DNA of 62,242 bases, counting the filler, from Choristocarpus tenellus KU-1152 (Eukaryota > Protista > Phaeophyceae): NCBI GenBank assembly GCA_964200185.2. It is 10 parts of 10 records of this genome, joined end to end, with 100 filler letters (N's around TTAATTAATTAA, not from the genome) between each part and the next. Parts side by side here need not be neighbours in the genome. Positions count along the whole stretch, not along the records: positions 33,936 to 41,586 come from CAXNAD020005813.1; positions 41,687 to 54,161 come from CAXNAD020001822.1; 8 more parts are not named here. The stretch is one strand, 5' to 3'. The translations under genes and the position numbers were made by a program. Below, in pieces: positions 38,153 through 51,372 of the stretch. The notes under the pieces are model-generated. The model was not told the DNA's origin. It ran no database searches and saw only the letters and a program-made list of their open reading frames with translations. Position 1 is the first letter of the stretch; every line of letters begins with the position of its first letter.

Positions 38153-39725
38153 TCTACTTGCAGTCACCAATTTTGTACTTCTAATACAGTTACAATTAAA
38201 GCAAATATACTGGATGAATTGTTCTAGAGAGGATAAGGTGATAAGGTGATAGATGATGTGTATGAATTAGCATCAGTCGGTATCATGTAATATATGTAGC
38301 ACAGTACAACCACTATCCCATGCATAGATGGAATGTTGAATCAGGTACTGGTAGTGTGGTGATATTTGACTCAGAAAAAAATACATGGCAGGGACAGGTT
38401 CCACAGAGAACTGTAGAGTACGCAGATTTGGATCATTACATTAGTACATCAGTAACTGTTGAACATAGCCCATCTTTATACCAATAACCTCCTAAGATAC
38501 TAATTTGCCAAGAGCAGTGAATGCATTTCCTGGGACTCTAATCTCATGTCAGCAGGAAAGTATTACCTATCTTTACATCCCAGGTGGCCGAAATTCCAGA
38601 ATGTGATACCATATGTACAATTTTCAAGAATGGATCCCTTGGTTTGTCCTGGTAGTCATCAAGTCAAGACTAGTAGGGACACATGTAACAACCACTCCAA
38701 AATAGCACGTGCTTAAATGGAGATGGGATGCAATTCATCTCTAGCATGATGTTTGTTGAGATCAGAGCTTCACACAAATTAATCAACAGAACATGGGTGG
38801 GACAAGTGTGCAGACTTTGTCTATTACCTAGGGACTAAGAGAACACAGCCCCTAAGACCATTGGGACAATTGCCTGCTGGAGGCAACTTATTTCTACTGA
38901 TATTTTAATGTGGGTGCTTCTCTCTTAATGTAAGTTTGAGCATGCTGAATTTCCCTTCCGCCATGGTTGCACAGGTTTTTAGACCACTTTATTCTTCCCT
39001 GTAAAAGCAGTGCTGACCATAGCTTGCTGTTTGTGACTGGCAAGGAACCAGTGTGACCTCCACCAACTCTGCCCACATTCAAGTTTTGCATGCCAAATCA
39101 AAATGCATGTCCCCTGGCTGCCCATGCTAATATTGTGTTCTTGAGGTTGATCCTATCAATAACCAGTGTTAACAGTGTAAAAGTTGGGAACAGTTTCTTC
39201 TGGTCAATCCTTTAAATCTCACTGATGGATCAAAAATTTGAAAGCTTAGCATGTCGCATGGTGACACCAAATATGTGTTGAGATGCAAGAATAACTTGAC
39301 AGGAGAGAGATTTTCCGTGAGAACCACTCAGCTAAAGCACATCACATGTGACAGCTTCCAGGTCAGTTTCATGAAATTTTCTTGTTGATGGGTGTGGGTG
39401 GGAAGAACAAAAAATCAACTACACACTTCGAACTGGGACTAGCAGGATTTTTGAACGAGCTGACACCATAAAATGAGGTGCAATACTAGCAGCAATTACT
39501 TTGTACCATATGCAGGAACCAATAAAGACTCTCCAACAGGATAGGGGTTCTGATGCTTCGATTTGACATACAACTATTCAGAAAAGCATGTATAGATCTC
39601 TGTGAGAGCCTTACTCGAACTCTTAGCAGCAGTTCCAGATGTTGATCATTTTTATAACCCATCCTACACAGATAAGATATAAAATGCTTTACTCACTAGG
39701 TATTGGTGGGACCTCTGGTCTTGTG

Positions 39726-40613
39726 CTATGTTTGCTGAGAAGCGGTATCTGTGATGTTGAATAGAAGCTGAGTCAGCCAACGCTTCACAGATACGTCATC
39801 CTTGAGCACATTCGTAAATGTGTTATCCCGCAAAGCATCAGGGAGGCATTGCCGAAGGGCTTCACGGGCACGCATATTGTCTGAAAGGCGCAAATAGCAT
39901 CGTACAACATGCTTGAGAAGGCGAACTGAGGGACTCTCAACAAGGACAGCCACCATATTGCTTAATACCGTGCTTACGGCATAAAAGCGTTCTGCAGTAG
40001 CACAGATATAGTTCAGTCCCATCTCATCCAGCAGTATTTTCTGCACAATAAAAGTTGCCACAGTCTTGGATAGCTCGCTGCCTGTCTCCATGATGCGCAG
40101 ACACAGCGGGATTATCTCAGTCTGAAGCAAGAAGCTTATGACGTCTGAATCATCCATCTTTACAAGCGCCCCAATTACACCCAGACTTGTGAGCCGAAGA
40201 TACTCGAAAGGGCGATTCTTGCTGACTGTGTTCAAAAATGGGTAAAGATAGAGTGGGATGTGAGCGCTCAAGAACAGGGCTCTAGTCTCTGGGTGCGAAG
40301 CTACGCACTGCAGAAGAGCCAGAGCATTACAAACACGATTACTTGCGTGAGGTGTAAGCGTGGGCGGCGACAAAAGCGGGTAGATAGCCACAATCTCCTG
40401 CAGGAGGGCTGATATCGTCCCGAAGGAGTGCCATAGTATGGGAGCAAGATCCGTAAAGGCTTCCCGTTTCTTGCTGAGCTCCAACAAAGCTCCTTCCCGT
40501 TGCTCAGGATTTGTAAGCTGCAGCACTAGGGGGAAAAGCTCTTCGACTTGCTCCGGTTGTCCCTGACTCGGACCTACCCCTTGTTGCCCAGACCGTCCAA
40601 TGTCTCCCTGCAT
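39726..40613 (-). CDS. CNOT9: CCR4-NOT subunit 9 (Rcd1/Caf40), intronless, 295 aa
   Basis: Canonical Rcd1 sequence: [85 protein letters not shown] and [11 protein letters not shown]. First in-frame ATG at 40613. Confidence 0.97.
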   Translation of the reverse strand: MQGDIGRSGQQGVGPSQGQPEQVEELFPLVLQLTNPEQREGALLELSKKREAFTDLAPILWHSFGTISALLQEIVAIYPLLSPPTLTPHASNRVCNALALLQCVASHPETRALFLSAHIPLYLYPFLNTVSKNRPFEYLRLTSLGVIGALVKMDDSDVISFLLQTEIIPLCLRIMETGSELSKTVATFIVQKILLDEMGLNYICATAERFYAVSTVLSNMVAVLVESPSVRLLKHVVRCYLRLSDNMRAREALRQCLPDALRDNTFTNVLKDDVSVKRWLTQLLFNITDTASQQT

Positions 40614-41150
40614 TGCCCGTCTCTGATGATCCTCCTTCCCCTCAACAATCGTGAACGAAGCACAACAACCCGCTGAAGTCACACCCCTACAGTATCACCC
40701 CGGTTCCTCCTGACATGTCTCCCGTCTCCTCGTTCCTCCCTCCTCCCTCCTTTCTTCTGTGTGTGTAGTTTCCAAAAGGTAAAGCGCGCATCCTGCGCGC
40801 GATGACGCTGAAACAACAACTGGTCACATTAACACAAAAACCTCCGCCCCTCTGATTCATAGCCAGTATACCCTTAGTGCTTGTGTGTCTACCCACCCCT
40901 CTTCTCATCCTTCCGGATCCCACTAACAAGGGGGATATATCTGCTACATCAACTAGGTCCGGTGGAGAGGTATCCTCAGGTTGGGCGTCTTATGGTGGTA
41001 AGATACCCGCTGGGCTTGACGAAGGTAATTGGTGTGAAAGTTGGGTGGTAAAAGTCTCTAAGGTGCTGGAGTAGTAAGTGCCTTCTTTGCGCAATTTCTT
41101 ATACGCATCTTTCCCCCTCCCTCTCCATCAACACTATTTGAATATTAGGG
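40614..41150. promoter_or_regulatory. Probable bidirectional promoter / 5' UTRs
   Basis: A 537-bp gap between divergent ATGs at 40613 (-) and 41151 (+). Confidence 0.5.
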
Positions 41151-41586
41151 ATGTCAGATTGGGCAACTGCTGCCGCAGATTATGCGCGTTCAAGACAAGG
41201 GGAGGCACTAGGTGAGGGTGGCAATGCTCACATCTTGCAGTCCCAAAGACAACAGAGTCAAGAATGGGTGGACTGGAATGCGAATCAGCAGGGACTCCCA
41301 GCTGTAAATCAGGGTTGGCTTCAGCAGCAGAACCCATCACCGTTCCTAGCCGGTCCAGCCAACGTTTTCGCATCTAACTCCGAGATAGGAAATCGAAGCG
41401 GAACTGCTCCTTTTGTTGCAGTGGCTGGCCCTGGCCCTACAGGACACTCCGCAACTGTTGGGACCGGTCTTCCTGGCTCTGGTCCTGAGCTGAGCAGCAC
41501 CTTGCCGAACCAACCCCTCTTACCACCTCCAGGTCCCACCCCCCCCCCTCCCCCCCCCCCCCCTTCTCTCCCCCGGCCCACCCCCC
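41151..41586 (+). CDS. 5' part of a Gln/Pro-rich protein (weak PNISR-like N-terminus), truncated by gap
   Basis: Open frame MSDWATAAADYARSRQ...PPPPPP running into the gap, divergent from CNOT9. Confidence 0.6.
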
Positions 41587-42356
41587 NNNNNNNNNNNNNN
41601 NNNNNNNNNNNNNNNNNNNNNNNNNNNNNNTTAATTAATTAANNNNNNNNNNNNNNNNNNNNNNNNNNNNNNNNNNNNNNNNNNNNGCAAGACTAAGCTA
41701 ATAGCCCCCCCCCCCCGGGCTGGTGTAGGGACCCCTCTGGACGAGTGGGAAAAAGGACTTGCAGTCGATCATGTGTTTGTTCTCCTCTACTAGACACGCC
41801 TTCTACTGTCATATCTGAGAATGGTTATTATTATTATTATTATTATTATTGTATTTTATATTTTATATTTATATGTTTCACAATAGTCCGAGGGTCCCTG
41901 ACGGGTGATCAAAAAGGTAGGCAACACACACTGTTTGAGATACATGCACGTACTGTAGAAAAATAAAATAAAAAATCAATGAGCGAACAAAGAAAAAAAA
42001 GGATAAAAGTGAATGCAGTGTGTCTGTGTCTACTGGGGTAGCAGAGAGAACCTAGGTGTAATGCGCTGCTGACCAAATAAAAAAAACAAAAAAACGTGCT
42101 AGACCTATGCTAAAGTAAGACCTTATAGACAGATGAGCAAGGCAGACTTTCGCCCAGCTGATGGACTATTCAAAGGCAGTTATTTGGGCGTGCTCATAGA
42201 TTTGGAAATAGTTATTTGGAAATAGTTATTTGGAAATGTTACCTTGGGTGTTGATGTGGTGGTCTCAAGGTGAACAGGGTCTCAAGCACGTGTGACTAGA
42301 GTTGCTACAACTGACATTGCTCAAAACAGGAATAACACTAAATCATCCGACTAGGC

Positions 42357-42450
42357 CAATTAATAATAGCGTTGTTGTATCGGCCATTTCTCGATTTTAA
42401 ACGAATCGACTTGATTGGATTGCCGTGATCCACAACGCTATTATTAATTG
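42357..42450. repeat. Small hairpin element with a 19-bp perfect inverted repeat
   Basis: caattaataatagcgttgt ... acaacgctattattaattg, with an inner tcgatt/aatcga pair. Confidence 0.7.
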
Positions 42451-43572
42451 TCAGATGGTGTACCTTAATTTGTCAATACTTGTACATTGTGTTTCCAAGT
42501 ATTGTTGATGTATGGCCCACTTGTGGGGTGCCCTTTTATACCGTCAATAATATCTTGTACATTTTAGTTACAGTCATTGGTCAACTGTAATAAAACTCTT
42601 CTTTGATATACCTTATTGTGTCAATACCTTATTGTGTCAATACCTTATTGTGTCAATACCTTGTGCACTGCGGTGCTGTACGTTGCTCAGTTGTAACCCT
42701 CTTGTGAGGTACCTTAATTTGTCTACGTGAATGTACATTTTGGTTCCAATCATTGTTCAACTGTAAAACTCTCTGTGATGTAGCAAATTCTATTGGTATT
42801 TTTAAAGACAAGATTATCACTTTGACTTAACTAGGCCAGGAGCGGCCTTTTATGGTATGAATCCAACACCGTATTTAAAAACAATACAAAATCCTACAAT
42901 ATTATTTGCATCGATAATCAGAATACATGATCTTCCTCCTTTCGAGTCAATTGGATGTAACTAAAGAATGAAATTTTTACAAACACCAAAAGAATTTTAG
43001 AAGAAAAATACTTTTTGAAATAAAAAGATAAAAGAATCAGACACTGTACCTGCCATAAAACATGATAACAAAATTTTAAAGTATTTCTATGCCAAAAACT
43101 ACTAACAGTAAATTGCCTTTTATACTAATCTCTAAATAGTAATTGAAAACATAGGGTAAACAACCGATAGCATGGCCGTTTAGTAGATTTGATAAAATCC
43201 ATAATAATCAAATGTACCTTATTATGTCAATACCTTGCATACTGCGGTGCCATACATTGATCATGCTTAACCCTCTTGTACGGCACCTTTATATGTCGCT
43301 ACTTTGTAGTCTGTATTAGTCAAGCGGTTTGAATACCCCGTTTAAGTTGGGGGTTTCAATTGATCTAGTAGACATGACAAAACTAGGCTAGGAGACATTC
43401 CAAGTGGATATTGTTTTGAGAGGACCAATCCAGGGTCGTCAGGGACTATATCCGGACCAAGCTGCAGGTGTAGGCTGCACAGAGTGAAATATGTCGTAAC
43501 AGGATCGGGCCAGAACCATTAGGATCACAAACTGCAATGGGTCACAGACCAGGTAGAAAATTTTCAATGAGA

Positions 43573-43830
43573 GAGTCAAAGTATCTTAGAGGGTAGAGCC
43601 GCGTCCGTTTGGGGTCCAAAATCCAATGGTGCGATTTTGTTGTAATTTTGGCTATTGTGTTTGTTAGGAATTGTCAATATCCTTGTTCAGGACACAGCTT
43701 TTTATAACACGCATGTTTGACCTACTCCGAAACATTTCTGAATACGAAAATGTCATAAAAAACATGTTGGAAGCTAAGCCCCAAATGGACAAACAGGTAA
43801 AAACTCTTATCCTCTAAGATACTTTCACTC
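43573..43830 (-). mobile_element. MITE family A copy
   Basis: gagtcaaagtatcttagagggtagagccgcg ... cctctaagatactttcactc. TSD imperfect (aga/agg). Confidence 0.9.
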
Positions 43831-44489
43831 AGGATCGGTCTGTGACTTAGGAAGGATAGCTTGGCTGGACTTTGCCAAATTCAGGTTCACGTGGTTGGAC
43901 CAGTCAGGTTCACCTTTATGTCTCGTGGGTGGTGCAAAATGTGAAAGTGTGAATTAGATGTCCTTACTCATCACTGGAAAATTTCAGTTTTGCGTGAAAC
44001 AATTCTTCTGACTATATTGTGAGAAGCAGTAGGTATTCAACAGTCCTACTATTTTGAATGGAGAAGGTGAGAGAGCAGTATGTAATCTTCTATATGCAAT
44101 CTTCAACTGAAAAGTATTGATTGGGGGATTCCGATTTTCAAGGCTACACCGGTAGAAACGTTACCAGGTCATTAACGAAAACAAAGCTTGGTTTTTCAGA
44201 CCCAAGAACAATGCTAATCCCATCAATCAATACACGGCAACATGTGTGAACAGTGGAAGGCATGACACTTGAGGCTCAACTCCGAATATGTAATCAATTG
44301 TGTGTACTGTGTCATTTTGCCTTCAATTTTTTTCCAAAATATCAAGAGAACATTTATGTACAATACAATGTATGTTATCGAATGAGCTTACGATTTCGTA
44401 TTGAGAATCTTCTATTATTATATTATATTATATTACAGTGGGTATGGCATAGTAGTGTTGAAATGTTGTACAAAATACATATTCACAAA

Positions 44490-44748
44490 GAGTGAATGTA
44501 TCTTAGAGGGTACGAGTTTTGCCCTGTTTGTCCATTTGGGGCTTGGCTTCCCATGGATTCTTTTATGAAATTTTCCTACTCCAAGATGGTTCAGAGTAGG
44601 TAAAATGTGTACATTGTGAATAGGTGTGTCCAGAACAAGGATATTCACACTTCCTAACAAACAAAATAGCCAAAATTACGTCAAAATCGCAACATTGGAT
44701 TTTGGTCTCCAAATGGACACGGCTCTACCCTCCAAGATACATTGGCTC
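44490..44748 (+). mobile_element. MITE family A copy
   Basis: Same internal sequence as the other copies, TSD AAA. Confidence 0.9.
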
Positions 44749-46351
44749 AAAGTTATTGATAGCCCGGTCACAATCTCATGAAAGGAAATCACAGCTGGCT
44801 GTGCTTTGTCCTGGTTGCATCTCAGTGCTTCCATCTGGTGGTGATACTTAACCACCACCTTGATGAGGTACCTGTTGGGTCACAGATGCATTAGACGCTC
44901 CACCTTTTCTGCTCTTGTGCCACGTTGCAGCATGCTAAGCGTCGCAGAAAGTCTTGAGAAGGTACTCTTAACCTGACGACTCATGCTCTCAATGCCTTGA
45001 TTGGAGACTGACAAATAAGGGCAACAGAGGCAGTTGTACCTTCTTCATCACCTTGCTATTCTGATCAGTCTTCGGGGTAGCCTTCTCCTAATACCTGAGA
45101 AGGTTAAACTCTCCTCTTCTACTACCTCTTCCTCAGCATGTACACGTGATTTACTGGTTTTGAATCTCTGGAAGCTTGACCTGTTTGAAGTGTCTTTGAA
45201 GTGTCTTTGAAGTGGTGTCTTTGTCGCCTCCTCCCGCTGATCCATGCCTTCTGAACTTTACTGCTATCCACCTCAGGTGTCACTGCTCCAGCGTAGAGAT
45301 CTAGACACCAATTGCCTTTGGACAGGGAAAGGCTTAGTTTTTGCACTTGATAAAAAGTTGTGGAGCATTGCTCATCATCTCCATCCACATCAACTTGATC
45401 ATTGGAACAGTTTACCCTATGGACTTAGTTCAACAAGAGCTTTGTCCTTCAACCAACTGCGCCATGTATTCATCAGCTCTTGCTGTGTGCTTTGGTGAAC
45501 AGATCAACGAAGAGTGCAGCTTGCTGCACTACTGTTGTGAAGCCTTGCCCAGCTTGTATGTTTCCCTGTCCTTCACAATACTCCAGAAAGGTTTGTACAG
45601 TCTCAATAAGGTTCTCCACTGATACATTCTCCAGACAAGCATGGTCGTTTTTGCTTGCAACTATAATTGGTGCTTGTCCTCCTTGTAAATGCCGATCAGA
45701 ATTGCCATGAGGGAGATGATTCGGCACAGAAGTCCATCCCGCCTACCTTGCATGCGGGTGGTGGCATCTGTGGACGGTTCCAGAAGACTGGCGAGTCACA
45801 TGGAGGATAACCCTCTCCGTAAAGCTGAGGCAATTCTTCGCATACTTTGGTTTTTCTTGAAGTGGTGATATATATGGTCATTCGGACAACAAGGATGGGA
45901 GAACATACGGTTTGATTCAAAGTTGAAGAGTCACATTGTTGAAAGTAGGATGACAAAATGGACCATTTTTGTCCTGCATGAAGGGAAAACGGAGAAAGAG
46001 ACTCAATTTTTGTTGCAAACTTCAACTTTTTTTTCTTCCGTCAATATGTACTGAGTACTTACAACTCATTCTTGATCGGGTAAAAACATATTTGAAGTTT
46101 TATTTAAGTTAAGAGGTGAATTCATACTGTGACGAAGTTAAATAATCGAACGGATGAGAGATGAAAGAAAACCATCCATAATTTCTCCAGTGGGTTTATG
46201 ATTACTTTGACCTATCTCTTACAAACATTTCTAGAACTTACGTAATTTCTCAGTATACAGTAACCTAAAACTTGAAATTCCAAATACCCTCTGAAGCGCA
46301 TTGTTGTTGGCACAGAGTACATTAAAACTGTGAGAAGAGTATCCTAAACAT

Positions 46352-46609
46352 GACCAATAGTAAACAAGAGGTGCCCAGGTTTTGGCCGTTTTGCATTATG
46401 AACCAGTTTTCAATCTTTTGCAATCCACCCATACTTCTATGGACGAAGCGCTAAATTTGACTTGAGAGGGTTGATTTCTCTTATTTTTGAAAAATGCAGA
46501 CGCAACGGAGAATATTCCTTTACGTATTTGTAAAAAAAAAGTCGAATTTTGCACATAGTTCCGAGCATCCTTGAAATGTTATCTGGGTACCTCTTGTTTA
46601 CTTTGACTC
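46352..46609. mobile_element. MITE family C (related terminus)
   Basis: 20-bp IR agtaaacaagaggtgcccag / ctgggtacctcttgtttact, right terminus tactttgactc, TSD CAT. Confidence 0.75.
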
Positions 46610-46780
46610 CATCATGCACAGCAAAGGCATCCATCTATTTGTTGATGTGCGTTCCAGAGGGGTACTAATGTCTTACAACTCCACCCGAGGAGTAGACTAC
46701 ATTGCTCTTGCTTTATCATTACCGTCGAACCGTTGAAGTACTCATTTAGAAGCTGTACCAAGCACAAACGAGGATATTTT

Positions 46781-47040
46781 GAGTGAAAGTATCTTAGAGG
46801 GTACGAGTTTTGCCCTGTTTGTCCATTTGGGGCTAGGCTTCCCACGGAGTACTTGTATGACATCTTCCTACTCCAAAAAGTTTTGCAGTAGGTAAAATGT
46901 GTACATTATGAAAAGGTGTGTCCGGAACAAGGATATTGACACTTCCTAACAAACGCGATAGACAAAATTACATCCAAATCGCAACATTGAATATGGACCC
47001 CAAACGGACATGGCTCTACCCTCTTAAGATACTTTGACTC
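46781..47040 (+). mobile_element. MITE family A copy
   Basis: gagtgaaagtatcttagagggtacgag ... aagatactttgactc. No TSD is evident. Confidence 0.9.
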
Positions 47041-47099
47041 ACAACTTGTTGAGGGATCAAGGCACTCACTCCCAGTGAAATCCCCTACTACCAGGCTGC

Positions 47100-48260
47100 C
47101 AGTAGCAGTGCAGTGCTTCACTGTGGAAACAGTCGCAAGGTCAAGCTCAACCCGCAAAAACAGCACTCAGTACCCTAACCCTTCAAGCACTTACTGAATT
47201 GTCCCCTAAACGTTTTGATGGGTACTCCATGTTCAGGCACAGGGATCACCTTTCTGTAGTTGTCAGATGCATCTGAGATGGGGCATGTGCAGATAAGGAG
47301 CTTGTGTGTGGATTTCATTCTCCACTACTTTGTTTCCGCTTGCTGGGCGGAAATCTATCGCAGTACCTACAGCAAGAAAGCATATGATTGATGTGGTCGC
47401 CATGTGCCTGGGACAGGGCGCTTGGTCGCATCATGTAGAGTTTGATCCCTCCTTGACCACACCTACAATTGAACATCGAGTAGATGGTCAACTCTTTTTA
47501 AAGTTGCCCTTCAAAGACAACAAGGAAATATATGGTAGTTACCACTCCCAACCGTTATTTCACGGCCGAGTCAAGTAAAACATCTAACGAGTGTGATCCT
47601 ACCAGAAACACATCTTTGGCCTCTCTTTCTTCTTTGCCACTTTGGCCTCTCTTTGATCCCATCCTTACCTCCTCGCATAGCTTCAACCCACTTCTCTGTT
47701 TGCACTTCATATGGCGAATGAGGGTTATATTGTTGCCGTCCTTTGATCCGGTGATCGCCTTGCAACAAATTGCATGCTTACAGGATCTCTTCTTGCTGTC
47801 AGCCCGGACCACCACATGGCATTGGGTGTCTTTATGTCTCTTTTCTTCTGTCCCCTTCCTTAAAGTAGTTGAACATGTAGAAGATACCTCGCTGTTAGGT
47901 CACATCCTCAATCCTACCACGCCCAACACTACAGATTCCTGTTGGCCAATAACACAGTGGTTCTCTTGTGGGTCGGACTCGTTACAAAACCTAGTTGCAC
48001 TCTCAGCAGATTTGTCGGACCAGCCTCTATCCAGGACTGAGTGTTGAGCAGACTGTCACCACAGGTGGTGCCCAAATTAAAATGATTTTTTTTTTTTAAG
48101 GGGTTGGAAACGGGCCGTAGGGTTAGAGATCTGATGGACACATGCACACATAGTGAACAAAGCACAGAGCTCTGGGAGCGTTTCACACAGTGGATATACG
48201 TGTGAAAGATATCCAATCAAACACTGCCCATCGGTTTTCGGTTTCGGTTTATCGTGATTA
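47100..48260 (-). mobile_element. Degenerate hAT-like transposon (BED finger remnant)
   Basis: CKHAICCKAITGSKDGNNITLIRHMKC is BED-like, and CGGTTT-type subterminal repeats occur at 48230-48255. Confidence 0.45.
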
Positions 48261-48483
48261 ATCAATTGTAGCGATTGTAGCGATTGAATCCCATGTGATT
48301 CACAACACTAGGAAATGAGCTCATGCTGTGGGCCTGTTTCCCCCCTGTATATATGTTCTTTTCTGTTGGAAACTCTGTTCTGGGACGAAGGGACTCTTCT
48401 TCTTCCCCTCTGTCCATTACGCCTGCCTCTTATACTCTGACCCTGCCCCTGACCTGAGCTACTTCTACTCTCTACTTGCGCAG

Positions 48484-48707
48484 GAACGAGTGCGTGTAAC
48501 TGAACCGGCCAAAGCCAAGAGCCGGAGGCGTCTGGTGTTTGGGCTACGGGAGGCTCTGAGGGCTGCCAGGGCGAAAAAGCTCAGACTCCTGGTGGTCGCA
48601 CCCAACATTGATGCTGGAGGGGGGGAAGGTGGACTGGATGACAAGGTGCTGGAAGTCTTAGGTGTTGCCAGGGAAGGGGGCATCCCTATGGTCTTCGGAC
48701 TGAGCAA
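48484..48707 (+). CDS. SECISBP2: Exon encoding the SECIS-binding protein 2 L7Ae domain
   Basis: EPAKAKSRRRLVFGLREALRA...LLVVAPNI..GGLDDKV...GIPMVFGLS matches the SBP2 L7Ae pattern, with cag| acceptor and |gtgag donor. Neighbouring exons were not found. Confidence 0.82.
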
Positions 48708-50924
48708 GTGAGAGTCCTCATCCCACATCCTAAGACCCTAACCCTAGCCTCAACTATCCGTGGGTAAAGGAAAGAGAGTGGACTTGTTGACAACGTTTTG
48801 CGTTTGAAGTATAGAATCGCTACAGTAAGTATCACATTATGTGTATGGTTGGTGTTCATGCGTGCAGGAAGGCATGTTCGTATGCTTTTATTCGTTTACT
48901 ACTACTCTATTACTATAGACCGTGTTGTGATGGAGCAACGGAACAAAAATCAAATACTTTTCTTGCTTCTTTTTTTTTTTTCGGAAAATGGCAGTGAAGC
49001 GCTTCTCAATCAAAAGCCCTCACAGATAAAACCCAAGTGCGAATCGTGTGATGTTTTTCTTTGTATTCTTTATCCTGTGAACGGGACAATTTACATGATT
49101 TCGATCTCCCTCCTTCGTTTCTCGGTTGACTGGCTGAATAGTTTGGTCCATTGGAAACTTGATGCCCACACCATCTTTTTCATGCCCTGTTCAAAATGCT
49201 TTTTCTTTTTTCTTTTTTCTTTTTACGTTTTGCTAAACCCGTGTGACCGGATCCTGGGTCGTCTTTTTTTGGTGTCACGATTTTTTTTTTTTTCCTGAAG
49301 TGGGCAACTGGATGGCCTGCTGCAATGTGTCCTCTCTATTTTCATCGTGGGTGGGGTGTGTTCTAGCAATCTTTAGTTATGACTATCAACACCTTGCTTT
49401 GCCACAAAGTGATGTTATTCTCTTGGAGCACCTACGACCATATTTTGGAACACACTATAAACGTAGCAGTTTTAATGATGTCAACAACGTTCAGAGCGTG
49501 TTTTCTGTGAGCAGGCGTAACAATCTGCCTCAGGTAATATCTGACTAGGTAGTGTACTACACTACGATCTTCGTGAGTGAGAGACAGATTGTCACGTTTC
49601 CTAACAAATCTCAAAAGGCGTGTATTTTTAGACCAAAAGCGAAAATGTATTAACTTACTCTCAATAGTTGGCTTTGAAGTATTGGAGGAATAAGGCCAAC
49701 GTAGCATAAAATGTTTGCCTATGAGATTGTAATAATTCTGCATACAAGGCCTCTCCGTTTTGACCTACACTAGGGTTGTGGTTGATGGATTCCTGGCATT
49801 GTGATGTCCCACGGGGCCTACTCCTCGCGAGGAACCGGATGGTGAACACCCCCCTGTGACCTCCCCCCTGTTTGTTGCGTGGTAGGATACCATTTTTTTT
49901 GCAAGTGTACACATTGTCACTATTTTTCTGAGCGGTGTTAATGTTCATCCCCAAGATGCTAGGATAGAGTTGTTCGCCGCTGCTGATTACGCAATCAATC
50001 GTATCCAATCTATTTTCGCAATTTCCCGACAACCAATTCGATTATTTTTTTTTGTAGCAGTTATTATCTATTCAGTTTTTCTTCTTATCATCCACCCCTG
50101 CATGTGTCTGAAGGTACCACAAGCGTATCATACACGCCAACAAATGATTATTTCGTCATTCTGACCTTCACTTTTTCCACCACACACGAGAAGGGGCAGA
50201 TAGATCCCCTAGTCCCTAGCCCAGGTAATTGTGAGGCGATTGGATTAACCACGGTGATGATAATCCACACAATCAAACAATTCGACCCTGGGCGAGCCTT
50301 TGTTGGGAGCGGCTCCTTTTGCCAATCTCCAATAGGGGTTTCTTCTGTGTGTAAGCGAAGGACAGGAACAACCTGACATCAAAGGGGTCTCTCTCTCCTC
50401 TGTTTCGAACTCAAACAGTGGGATCGTTTGAGAAAATTTAGGAAGGAGTACATCAAAGTCAACAGCCATACTCGGGCATCATCTCAACTGTGCCCTGGAA
50501 GGGCGTGGGGAGAAGGTGTTTTAAACTGCATGCGGAAATGAAGAAGGAGAAGGAAAGAGCCATCTCACCATTCCACCAATGGCTTTAAAGGGGAGGACTT
50601 TTCTTCCTGTGTGACCTGTCGGTGCTGGTTCATTGTCATGGTTGACCATTTCGGTGAGTTCTCCCTCTCACAATTTCCCATGCACGGTCATGGGTTTGTT
50701 ATCAGATTGTTTTTTACATTGTCACACTGACGAGTATAGTGATACGCTCAACATGCTGCATGTTGTCCGCATGAGCAAATATTTCATGTCCCCGTGTATA
50801 TTTACATAGATCTGTGTATATTAACATCTCCTCCTTTTGCCTCCGTTCTCTCCTCCTCATCCCCACAGATCATCCAATAACGAGCACTTGCAGACTTTGT
50901 TTGTTCCCTCAACCCCGAGATCAA

Positions 50925-51372
50925 GGAGGGTAAAAACAACTTGAGAAGAGAGCAGACGTCGCCTTCAACGGCGTGAAACCCACCAAGGTAAACTGCTGAA
51001 CCACAGGTGCGGGGTAGATTTTCTCCATCCAGATAGGTGTAGATATCACTGAGTAAGGTATGTGTGATATTCAAAAAATCACCAATGAGATACTGCAAGG
51101 TGTGGTGAGTCACTGGTGGTCTACATGGAGTGCGACTGAATCTTTATCAGTTTCCAAGAGTCATGCTCCAGGTAGACCCTAGAGACTTTCCACATCTTGC
51201 AGCATTATCGCTAGTGAATATTTTGACCACCACACATACCTTACTCAGCTGTATCTACACCTACCTGGATAGAGCAAGTCTACCCTGCACCTGGGATGAG
51301 GCAGTTTATCATGGTGGGTTTCACACGATTGAAGGCGACGTCTGCTCTCTTCTCAAGGCGTTGTTGCCCTCC
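50925..51372. repeat. Fold-back inverted duplication (~220-bp arms)
   Basis: 50941-51135 pairs with 51160-51357 as a reverse complement. The ORF track shows paralogous peptides on opposite strands. Confidence 0.88.

Noticed and set aside
50290-50345. Helitron Rep motif (WQKEPLP)
   Set aside because: It lacks the HUH histidines and any supporting motifs.
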